A program made the position numbers and the translations under genes. From Octopus bimaculoides (Eukaryota): a stretch of DNA of 41,035 nucleotides. Position 1 is the stretch's first letter. Every line of letters begins with the position of its first letter. The DNA lies in assembly GCF_001194135.2 (NCBI RefSeq), contig NC_068988.1:69444316-69485350 (forward strand), in the 5' to 3' direction. The notes below the pieces were generated by a model. That model had not been told where the DNA came from. It saw nothing but the letters and a program-made list of their open reading frames with translations, and did no database searches. Shown here piece by piece: positions 1 through 10,137 of the stretch.

Positions 1-64
<64 letters not shown>
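1..64. repeat. (CA)n microsatellite
   Basis: Pure AC dinucleotide run visible directly. Confidence 0.98.
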
Positions 65-66
<2 letters not shown>

Positions 67-343
67 CCACATACATGCACACATGTATATACATATTTAC
101 ATATGAATATGCACACACAAAGCCACATATGTGCTGCTATAGGCTATATAGCAGAAATAAGAAATCTTCTAATAATGTTACATTTTTACAAAGGAAGAAA
201 CAAAAAAATGATAGTGCTTAATGAGAATTGTGAATAAGTCTGCAAGGAAGTTAAATTATACATAATTGAAAATAAATGCATTGCTTTATTCTTTTATATA
301 ATAAAGGTAAATTTTTGAAGGAACTTGATTTAATACTACAGTG

Positions 344-375
<32 letters not shown>

Positions 376-685
376 TACTATTATCATCATTATTGTTGTT
401 GTTGTTGTTATTATATTTTGCATAAGTTGAAGAATAATTGGAGATTGTTTCATTAGAATATCTAAGGCCTAACTGAAGTAACCAAGTGGCCATTTTATTT
501 CTTGTGATAAATAGAACTATATTAGTTAACAACTGTTGAAATAAATATGAGTCTTGTCTTGAATGTGGAGGCAATTGTCATTTCTAATAAATATTAATGA
601 ATGAAGTAATTTGAGAAAGCAACAGCTATAATAATAAAAGCAATAGTAGTGAATAGTAGTAACATTAGCAGTATCATTACTATCA

Positions 686-1994
686 TCTCTCTACATATAA
701 AATTCTTTGTCAGTCTGTCTGTCTGTCTGTCTGTTCCCTACGCATTCTCAAAAAGCTCCAAAAAATCAAACTTTACCAGGTAATAGTATTAGACCCAGTG
801 AGTGTCAACATGTAATTTTTATTTTCATTTCGGTTAAAACATTATAACATCTTATCTAAAATAATCTTTCTATAGTCAACTATAGTAAAGGACATTTTAT
901 ACCACAATGACAACAACGACACATTTTCTATATGAGTGTGTATGTGTCTGTGAGTGAGTGAGTGTGTGTATGTGTCTGTGAGTGAGTGAGTGTGTGTGTG
1001 TGTGTGTTTGTGCCTTCCTTATGTATGACATAGTAAAGGACATTTTATACCACAACAACAACACATTTTTATATAAACGTTTATGTTTCTGTGAGTGTGT
1101 ATGTGTTTGTACATTCGTTATGTAAATGTATGTCTGTGTGTGTCTGTCTTAGTATATGTATGTGAGTGTATATGAGAGTGCATGTGTGTGTCAGGGTATG
1201 TGAGAGTGTATGTGCGATTGTCATTTACACTGATGTAAAATGGTTATGTGAAAGAGCTATACTGGATCCAACTAGTGAAATTGTTGATAAACCCAATCAT
1301 GAACTTCTTCAAAAGTTAACAGATACATCAGAAATAACTTTTCCATCAATTCACACAACAGTCGATCAAGATCAGGCTGTTCGATACCCTGTTGAATTTC
1401 CGAACACTCTTAAACCTACTGGAATGCCACCACACAACTTGATACTGAAGCTGGATGCTCCTATGTTGTTTAGGAACTTTAACCCACCGTGATTGTGTAA
1501 TGGAACTCACTTAATTGTTACTTTCATGAAACCCCATGAAACAAGCAACAATCATAATAGGTAGTCACAAAGAAGAAAATGTCTTTATTCCAAAATTTCC
1601 TCTCATACCTACAGATATTCCATTTGAATTTAAGAGGCTTCAGTTTCCAGTCAAACTAAGTTTTGGTATTTCAACGTAGTTGGTCTTCATCTCTCTACAA
1701 CATACTTCTCCCATGGCCAACTCTATGTTAGTAGCTCAAGAGTTGGAAGTAGCAACAATTTATTCATTTGGACACCAACAAAAAACTACACAATGAATAT
1801 TGTTTAAACTGAGGTGCTACAAGATTGACAAATTTTCATTTCTAAATTTTATTATCGTTACAATTTGGATATTTCTTAATAAAATATAGATATTTTGAAA
1901 TAATTGTGAGGAAAAAAATATATCTTCATATTTATTGTTTACTAATCTGAATGAGAACAGCAGTAACCCGGGCAACACTGGGTAATTCAGTTAG
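686..1994 (+). mobile_element. Internally deleted Helitron with both termini
   Basis: 5' A|TC start followed by a (GTCT)n tract. The 3' end has a GC-rich hairpin ACCCGG-gcaaca-CTGGGT (1966-1983) followed by cagTTAGt, a degenerate CTAG. A Pif1-like helicase relic lies between them. Confidence 0.8.
1235..1805 (+). pseudogene. Helitron RepHel C-terminal Pif1-like helicase fragment (frameshifted)
   Basis: Translates to [40 protein letters not shown], then FIPKFPLIPTDIPFEFKRLQFPVKLSF and FSHGQLYV-SSRV. These are diagnostic Helitron helicase motifs. Confidence 0.9.
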
Positions 1995-2674
1995 TTAGTT
2001 ATATGACTGGCAACAGATGGAAATGTAGTATTTGTATTATTAGCAGCAATGGTGTTGTAGTAGTGGTGGAATGGAGATAGTACCGGTAGCAATAACAATG
2101 CTAGTATGAATACCCTTAGCATCCATTGTGTAAAGCCTTTGGGTGTGAGAAAATATTTTGGTTTATTAAGACAGAATTATAACACTCATTACACACTGCT
2201 CTGTACTGAGCATTTGATGTTTTTACATGAAAACACAAAGAAATTATACTCACCACATACATATATATTAAGTAACAGCTTGATTGCCATAATATTTTAT
2301 TACTACTAGTAGTTTCACCCTTCAAATAGTGACTTGGATAATGGCTGTAGATGCATCTTTACTTGTGTTTGTCATACATTTTGACAGTAATTTTCAACAG
2401 AAGAGCTATACATCAATTAATATAGACTCTGCATTGTAGCACTGAGTTTTCATTTGTTTATTTTGACATATGTATATATATATATATNNNNNNNNNNNNN
2501 NNNNNNNNNNNNNNNNNNNNNNNNNNNNNNNNNNNNNNNNNNNNNNNNNNNNNNNNNNNNNNNNNNNNNNNNNNNNNNNNNNNNNNNNNNNNNNNNNNNN
2601 NNNNNNNNNNNNNNNNNNNNNNNNNNNNNNNNNNNNNNNNNNNNTATATGTATATACACACACACATATATATA

Positions 2675-3568
2675 CAAGGTCTGATCAATAAGTATCGGGA
2701 CTGTTGCCATAATAATGAAACTAAAGCACACAGAGTAAAGATGCTCGGCACAGATTGACCTTGGACTCTGTTGTGCATGCGCACCAAGTTTTAACATTCT
2801 ACCTCACTTCTGTTGTTTACAACAGTGCTTGGAAGTAATGTGTGTAGTATGTTATTGTCCCATTGACCCTGAAAGAGAAAGCTGTAATAGAGATACCTGC
2901 TCAGAGGTCTATGAAAAGTTGCAGAATGTGTATAGAGAGAAATGTATGAGCCGCACACAAATGTATGAAGGGTTCAAACGTTTCCAAATTGGCCGCAAAA
3001 ATGTTGCTAGTGACAAACATTCTGGGAGACCTACAGCCAGTAGAACAGATAAACATCACAGAAATGCACGTAGCTGATAGGGGAAATCATCGAATCCCCA
3101 TCTGTGAGTAATCAGAAGATGTGCAGATTAGTTAGAGTTCAGTTCAGTCCATTAACACTGAAGATTTGGATATGAGATGCGTGTCTGCCAAGTTTGTGTC
3201 AAAACTGCTTTCAGATGAGCAAAAAGACACTCAGGTTTCAGTGGCACAAGATCTCCTTGAGTATGTTGAGAGGGATGAACACTTTTTAAAAACTTTGTGT
3301 AGGCCTCTGAGCAGATATCATCAAGCTTTTTGCAAAATTTGATGCAGATTCCCTGCTCAACTTCCTCTGCCATTGTCAATGCGACGATCACACATTACAC
3401 ACCTTCCTTCCAAGCACTGCTGTAAACCGTGGAAGTTAGCTAGAATGTTAAAACTTAATGCACATGCACAGCAGAGTTCAAGGTCAATCTGTGCCAAGTG
3501 GCTTCAATCTGTGTGCTTTAATTTTGTTACTATAGCAACAGTCTGGATACTTATTGATGAGATGATGT
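2675..3568 (+). mobile_element. Mariner-derived fold-back non-autonomous element (5' end duplicated in inverted orientation)
   Basis: TA|CAAGGTCTGATCAATAAGTAT at the left and its inverted copy at about 3548-3568. Arms of about 250 bp (2675-2925 and 3295-3568). The plus strand encodes a mariner N-terminal HTH region (CMSRTQMYEGFKRFQIGRKNVASDKHSGRP); the minus strand encodes MAEEVEQGICIKFCKKL. Confidence 0.85.
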
Positions 3569-3573
3569 GTGTG

Positions 3574-3606
<33 letters not shown>

Positions 3607-3643
3607 CTATATATAAGGGGTTTGTATGATAGTGTATAGAGGA

Positions 3644-3950
3644 ATATATTATTCAAAAGAATTCCAACTCTGTTTTATATGTTTTATTTGTATTCTTATA
3701 ATATTAATGTAGGATATAGAGTATATAGTATATATAATAAAATGAAATGAAGTATTAATTGTCTTATGGAATAAATGAAATGTTGAATATTAAATATTAA
3801 ATGACTAGTATACTTTCTTGCATTTTAGCAGTCTTCAAGGTCCCCTGTTGTGACAGAGTATATATATATATATTATATACTCTATATCCTACATTAATAT
3901 TATAAGAGCATAAATAAAACATAAAAACAGACAGAGTTAGAATTCTTTTG

Positions 3951-3960
<10 letters not shown>
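3644..3960. repeat. Unclassified MITE-like inverted repeat (about 90-bp arms)
   Basis: 3644-3735 (ATATATTATTCAAAAGAATTCCAACTCTG...ATATTAATGTAGGATATAGAGTATA) is the reverse complement of about 3862-3960, with few mismatches. Confidence 0.8.
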
Positions 3961-3990
<30 letters not shown>

Positions 3991-4084
3991 AATTATTAAA
4001 GAGGACAACAAACATTAAGGCAAGGCAAACATTTCAAGTCATATACATTAATATACATTATTATTATTGGACAAAAAATTCAAA

Positions 4085-4140
4085 GTCTTATAGCTGTTTC
4101 TGAGATATCGCAGGGTATGGGATATTCCATCGCTGGAGAC
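4085..4140 (-). ncRNA. Degenerate hammerhead ribozyme (inverted copy)
   Basis: The minus strand reads gtct-CCAGCGA-tggaatat..atatctca-GAAA-cagct-ATA-agac. The architecture matches the 4311 copy, but the CUGAUGA core is mutated. Confidence 0.65.
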
Positions 4141-4310
4141 AAATAGGGAAAATGAGAAAGGTATAGATTAATGAAATGATGACATACAGGACAGGAATAA
4201 AGGAATATGGAGATGAAAAAAGAAAAAAGAAAAAAGAGAAAAAAAAAGGAAAATTCTTGTTCTCTACGTGGTCATTTCATCAATCTGTACCCTTTCCATT
4301 TTCCCTCTTT

Positions 4311-4366
4311 GTCTCTGATGATGGAATATACCATACTCTGCAATATCCCAGAAACAGCTGTAAAAC
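4311..4366 (+). ncRNA. Minimal type I hammerhead ribozyme
   Basis: gtct-CTGATGA(4315-4321)-tggaatat..atatccca (stem II)-GAAA(4351-4354)-cagct-GTA(4360-4362)-aaac. The catalytic core is intact, stem III is the palindrome CAGCTG, and stem I has one mismatch. Confidence 0.8.
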
Positions 4367-4600
4367 TGAATTCTTTTTTTCCAATAATAATAATGTATAT
4401 GACTTAAGATGTCTGCCTTGCTTTAACATTTGCTGTCCTCTTTAACAATTATATATCTGCTATATTGGAAATCTGCAATGGCTCCATAACTAGTGTCTCA
4501 GCTATAAACTTGGAACTCTATTAATCTGTTACAGTTCTTACCTAACGTACCTAGTTGTTTAGATCACCTGTGAACTAAACCCCTATATTTTGTCTATACT

Positions 4601-4652
<52 letters not shown>

Positions 4653-4839
4653 CATATGGTGGTTGTTTACTCCTTATGCAAAGTTTAACCACCTCCTGTA
4701 CCTATGCTTTAAAACCATCATGGCATCTGTTGTGGCTTTTTAAACCAGACAATGTTCTGAAAAGACACCCACATTGATTCCACATCCGATTTGGATCACA
4801 AAGAGCTGCAAATAAGTTCAGATCTTTGTGGATCTTAAA

Positions 4840-5330
4840 ATGTCTTTTGAGACCTCCATTGGATTTGCAAACCTTCTGGCATACACTGATTCAAAGGTGT
4901 GCACAGGCATATAGGCAGAATATTTGGTGGTGGTTTGTTTTCCATGGGTTCACAAATGAAATCTGAGCCCAGCAAAAGAAAGCCATGGTCTGTCACAAAC
5001 TGTGCACACAAAAAATTCATTGTGATTCACCTTCTCGATCATAACATTCTTCTTTAAATCTCTTTTGAGTCATACATGTGTTATCCTGGCCTCTTCAAAT
5101 GCTTTCACTCCACTCCACACTTTTATTCGCCATTCAGCTCGATCTGAAGCAAGGGTTTCTATGTCTTCTGGATTCATTCCAAGTGACTTCATAGTAGTCC
5201 TTATGCCACCCTTAAACCTCTTTTTTAGGTTTACGCCTATAGCACTTCCCCGGTGCAAGCTCCCTATAAAGCAACTGTTTCAGCATGCATTAATCTGCCA
5301 TTCAAACAATATGGCTGCATCATCTCATTT
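4840..5330 (-). mobile_element. RTE-clade LINE 3' coding fragment
   Basis: Minus-strand translation LKKRFKGGIRTTMKSLGMNPEDIETLASDRAEWRIKVWSGVKAFEEARI resembles the C-terminus of RTE/BovB-like ORFs. Confidence 0.7.
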
Positions 5331-5371
5331 GGTTCCTCAAATATATATATATATATATGTATATATATTAA

Positions 5372-5554
5372 GGGTACTGCAAAAGGCCTAATTGGAGACC
5401 CAACTTTCTGAGTTCTCTTACAGGGTTTAGAAAAACTAAAGGGCCACTGCAATGAGTGTGTGAATCTGACAGGGAAACATATTGAATAAACTCATAATAA
5501 AGTGATCCTCCTGCTTTCTTTTACCCAAAGCCAAGAACTTTTCAGCATGCCCTC
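5372..5554 (+). mobile_element. Mariner 3' end fragment
   Basis: Translates QGLEKLKGHCNECVNLTGKHIE*, a mariner C-terminus, followed by a TIR-like AAGAACTTTTCAGCATGCCCTCA|TA. Confidence 0.65.
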
Positions 5555-5620
5555 ATATATCCAGTATTTCTAACAACCCAAGAAACCATATAGAGGCTGT
5601 ACTGTTAAATCTTGGGTTAC

Positions 5621-5738
5621 TTGAAGGTATTTAAAGGATAGTGTATAGAATATGTTCTTGTTTAACCATGGTGTGTTTGCAATCAGACCTGGAGAGATGG
5701 AAAATAATGTCATATCCTCTTGAAACTGAAACCTGAAT
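5621..5738 (-). CDS. Candidate coding exon of an unidentified gene
   Basis: Acceptor tatttattcttatttctatAG and donor caa|GTaacc. The open frame reads FRFQFQEDMTLFSISPGLIANTPWLNKNIFYTLSFKYLQ. No homology was recognised. Confidence 0.35.
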
Positions 5739-6679
5739 CTATAGAAATAAGAATAAATAGTTCAAGTATTTAATTTGACAAATAACCATATTTACCACTC
5801 CATCACCTATCGTGCAATCATTACAGCTTGCTGTTGTTTAACTCTAGGTCAACAGAGACCAACCAAACCTATAATCAAAGCCATTCTAGCCATGAGCAAG
5901 ACATCTTTACTTAAGCACCTAAGACTATATTACCTAAAGTGTCCCTACCTTATTTAAAAAGAGTTGGATGAAATTTGAGGGAAATTTGACTACTATTGCT
6001 ATAAGGTCTTGTGACCACACTGCCTTCAGTACTACTGGTGAACATGAATAATAAAACAGTCAGGTAAAAGAATTTGATTGTATAAAACGTGATTGGCGAT
6101 GTGACAGAACTTGTGTGATGTTTGGTCACTCAAGGAAATCAACTTTACATAAGCAGATCCAATGTTATTTTGAAGGTAAAATGAGTTAAATGAAAAATGA
6201 CTGTTTCTACTTTTAGAATGTTTTCTATATTTGATTTTGGCAAGCGTAAAACCATTTGTAACATTTTCACTTCATAGGGTTATGTATCCAACACAATGAT
6301 GTCAGAATTTTCTACATCAATTTTCATTCCTTTTATATTTGCATTCCTTCTTCTTCTTCCTCCCCTTTTTTTATACATCTTTTACAAATATTACATTTAT
6401 TTCTTTCGGATATGATGAACGAATGGATCTTTTTCTAGAACTGATTTCTTCTTATAGAATGTATTTTAGGTTATCTTGTATCATTCATGCAATGAATGTT
6501 ACCAAGCCAGTTAAGTAGAAAGTTTTTCATCGAGTTATCTAAGAGTGATATATTATGTTGGGTCAGGAACTCCTACTGGGAAAATGTTGTCCTTCTCAGA
6601 GACAGTTGTTGAGAATACAAAAGAGAAAGAGATGAAAATGATTGAGTATCTTGTGCTGTGATTGCACCAACCATCCAGT

Positions 6680-6681
6680 AA

Positions 6682-6770
<89 letters not shown>
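6680..6770. repeat. (ACT)n/(AAT)n microsatellite
   Basis: Visible trinucleotide runs. Confidence 0.95.
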
Positions 6771-6772
<2 letters not shown>

Positions 6773-6890
6773 CCTTCTACTATAGACATAAGACCTGAAA
6801 TTTGGGGGATGAAAGGCAAGTCGACCTCACAGATTTTGAACTCAGAATTTTGCCTGGCATGCTAATAATTCTGCCAGCTTGTCCCCAGGA
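6770..6890 (-). mobile_element. SINE family A, partial copy
   Basis: Shares CTGGCAGAAT..AGC..GGCAAAAT, GTCGACTTGCCTTTCATCC and the tail ..CTATAGTAGAAGGATT with the other family A copies. Confidence 0.7.
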
Positions 6891-7183
6891 CCTCCAACAA
6901 AATCTGTGACAAAGAGAAATAATAATGATAATAGTTGATGTAATAATGATGATGGGGATAGTAGTCATTATAATAAAAAAGTAATATTGATATTAATAGT
7001 GACGGTAATAATAATGATGATCTTTCTTATATTTTTCATACGGGCTCAAGCAGATACGAAATAATATGAATTTTTTACTGGGTTCCAAAGAAAGACAAAT
7101 AGAGTGTGAAATAAAACATTTTTACTAAAAGCATAAGAAATAAGAGATATATAGAAGAGCATATTTAGAATTTTAAATGTATA

Positions 7184-7216
7184 GGCGAGGCATGACTGTG
7201 TGGTAAGTAGCTTGCT
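7184..7216 (+). mobile_element. SINE family B head fragment abutting the L1/Tx1-like element
   Basis: GGCGAGGCATGACTGTGTGGTAAGTAGCTTGCT matches the head of the copies at 10138 and 40863. Confidence 0.55.
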
Positions 7217-8985
7217 GACCCATTGCACATGTGCGTCAGTCTTGCTGCTTCCGTGGAACAAGGTGGACGGGTGTTTCTTCGCTCTGTCTAAAGTTGAACT
7301 GTGAAGTCAACCGAGGTAGATAGAATTGTTTTGTTTTTTTTGAGCTGGGAGGGATTTATTGCTATTTTATTTTTTTCACAGTAAGTTTCTCCCAGCTCTG
7401 GGACAATTTCGCCTGCTCTTGGAGACCTTAAATTATTGCTTGCTTAGTGAGCAAAAATTGTGTTTCTCGTACATCATTGTTGGTGGGCGTGTTTGAGCTA
7501 CCACAACGACAGACTGAGATTTCTTTTTGGAAACAAAAAAAAAATCTTTTGAAAATTTTGTGTGGCATTTTTTCGCCAATGTGATTTTTGCACCCTGTGA
7601 TGGAATATACCTCACTGGAATACAAGGAGAGAAGCCCTGACTGCTGTTGGAGTTTTTATAATTGACCAAAGGGTAAAAAANNNNNNNNNNAAATTTGCCG
7701 GAGTAAGTCGTTTTGGTTGATCAGCTGGGCAATAATTTATTGCTTATTTTATTTTTCAGTGGATTGTTGTCCAGCTGTGTGGCATATTCGCTTGCCTATG
7801 ACGAGTTTTCTTGTATGTTTGTTATACAAACAAAATTGTGTATTCACTGTCTGTGATGGGCGTTTTCGCTTCACCACAGCAATGAAGACTTTTGTTTGGC
7901 ATTTTAGCCAAAAAACTTTGTATTCGTTATTACAAACAAAATTGTATGTTAGCTGTCTGTAGTGGGCACGTTTGCTCCAATACAGCAGTGAAGATTTTTT
8001 GTTGGCATTTTTGCTGAAATTTATTGGAGTACCTTGTTGGAGTACCTCGCCAAAGAAATCGGATTCTGTGCCTGTGACTTTTATCTTTTTTTATATTCTG
8101 TTTCTTGTTTCTTATTTTCATTTTTTACTTCTATCTTTTTTGAACTACGTGTTTTTTTTTTCAAACGGACATGGGATACCCAAAGAAAAAAGAAAACACT
8201 GTCTTGGAATGGGAGATTGTCCCACCCAAGCAGTGGCTGAATGACATGGAGAAGAGGGCAGTGGTCATGCGGACCTATTCTAGGTCACACAACGCCATTG
8301 CCCCCTTCGATAAAGAGATAATTGAAGAAGAGCTGGCAAGTTTGTTGCCAGCAAAAGATTTTTATATTTCCAGGGGAATCAAGTACACAACGGTGTGGTT
8401 GCTATTTGACTCCCCTGAAGAGGCTTGCAATGTAGCAAGCCAGCCCCTTGTAGGGGCGAAGATTTTGTTTCTTCCCACATACTGTGGAAAGAGGGTTACA
8501 AGGGCTTGGGTATGTGGGCTGCTGCCCAGTGTTCAGTCTGAATGGATCAAACTTTTTAAGTTTCACTTGAAAAGGAAACTGGGGCACAGAGAGAGAGATG
8601 CTGTCCTCAAGTGAGTTTAGAAAAAGATGAGTGAAAGTTGTGAAAATGGCAAGAGTACTATGCTCAGTGTAGATCTGTGAGTCAGAAGAAAGAAGTTGGA
8701 TAGGACTCCCATATTTGGTATTCAGGGTAATTGTGGATGGTTGGGTTCCTTGATTATCCCTAGAGGGCTTCCTGTATCAGGGGACCCCGTCACTATCACT
8801 TTTTCTCCTTTTTCTCTAGTGTTGTATACTATGTATATTTCCCTTCTAATGTATACTGTGTATATTTTTCATTTTATCATTCCATTATATATAAACCCCA
8901 ACACTTTATGTCTGTCTTTGTGCTGTCCCCCTCATCCTTCACCCCTGTGGCAAATAAAAGAAATCATCATTATTATTATCATATT
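7217..8985 (+). mobile_element. Internally deleted L1/Tx1-like non-LTR retrotransposon
   Basis: A long 5' UTR with monomer repeats is followed by an ORF1-like N-terminus (8171 onward: VWLLFDSPEEACNVASQPL..LPTYCGKRVTRAWVCGL), joined to an ORF2-like C-terminus (FKFHLKRKL..EREMLSSSEFRKR*VKVVKMARV). The 3' end reads CCCCTGTGGCAAATAAAAGAAAT-(ATT)n. Confidence 0.65.
8171..8614 (+). pseudogene. 147-aa ORF: L1/Tx1-like ORF1 N-terminus fused to the ORF2 tail
   Basis: Listed in the ORF track. Family assignment is by motif recognition only. Confidence 0.55.
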
Positions 8986-9324
8986 AGACTCTCCTTTTAT
9001 GAAGACATCATTATCATCTTTCTGTGAGGTACAATTTATTCAAATGGAATTTTCTATGGGGTACTTATATAAAAGGACAGTAATTATACAAGGAAAGTCT
9101 GCCCTCAATAGCTAGGATTTGGGCTTGATAACAAAAAAAAAAAAAAAATTGTTTTACAAGCTTTCAAAATATTTAGGCTCCTAAATTTCTGGCCTACATT
9201 AGAAATTATTGTTACAGTCCAAGTTTTGCTAAAATCAGTTTTGCTTTTATCTTACTGAGTTTAATAAATAAAATATCTGTCATGTGCTGGGGGTGTATCA
9301 ACTGTTTCCCTCCTTACAAATTCC

Positions 9325-9552
9325 TGTAACTGGATGGTAAACTGGCAGAATGATTAGACCATCAGGGTAAATGCCTTGTACTTGCACCAGCTCTTTATGT
9401 TCTGAGGTCAAACCTCACTGAAGACAACTTTACCTTTCAACCCTTTGGTGGGGTGGGTTCAATAAAATAAAGTACTAATCAATTACTGGTCTTGAATATA
9501 TCGACTCACCTCTCCCCCAAAACTATTGGCTTTATGCCTAAATTAGAAACTA
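9325..9552 (+). mobile_element. SINE family A (diverged)
   Basis: Head GGTAAACTGGCAGAATGATTAG, B-box-like GGTCAAACC, central TTTACCTTTCAACCCTTTGG..AAAATAAGTAC, and tail CCTAAATTAGAAAC. Confidence 0.75.
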
Positions 9553-9671
9553 CTATTTTGTTTTTTCATGTAATTACAAAGCTTGCTATTTCAGCTAAAG
9601 GAAAATAAAGCATTTTGATATTGATATATTTCCAAAGTTTTTAGTATGTTCAGTCACAAACTAAGAACATA

Positions 9672-9722
<51 letters not shown>

Positions 9723-9745
9723 AGGTGGTGGTGGTGGTGGTGGTC
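9672..9745. repeat. (GAT)n/(GGT)n microsatellite
   Basis: Visible trinucleotide runs. Confidence 0.95.
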
Positions 9746-10137
9746 ACAGTGGTTGTACTGGTGCTATTTGTTATGCTTCTTGCCTACCATTTGTAGATGT
9801 AATAAATTTGTGATTATTACACCTTTTTCATGACCAACGTATAATGGAAACAATAACACATAAAAAAAAATGATGCCAAAGTACCTCTCAAGAATAACAA
9901 AACAAAACAAAAATATTCTATTTGGCAAGAATATACCATAAGAATATACATATATATCCACTCCACAGCATTTAACATTGAATTGACATTGTGATTCTGG
10001 GTGATCTAATTGCTCTATACTTGTGTTTGTTGTTATTGTTGTTAACTAAATGATTTAAAACATAAGTAAATTTACTATAAAGTATCAAACTTTTACTAAA
10101 ATTGATCAAATATTGATTTTAAATGTCGATATATAAA

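Larger units (their letters stand above)
3985..4592 (+). mobile_element. Non-coding Penelope-type pLTR / retrozyme-like element with an inverted partial copy
   Basis: Arms 3988-4200 and 4250-4452 are reverse complements around a purine-rich spacer, and each arm holds a hammerhead motif. The plus arm extends to about 4590 and is homologous to the reverse complement of 24390-24690. Confidence 0.7.

Noticed and set aside
251-574. ORFs with poly-N/T/L/V/I/Y or HT/YI/CV runs (for example 251, 6553, 6662, 14592, 17440, 36683, 37080, 40063)
   Set aside because: These are translations of microsatellites with no coding signal.
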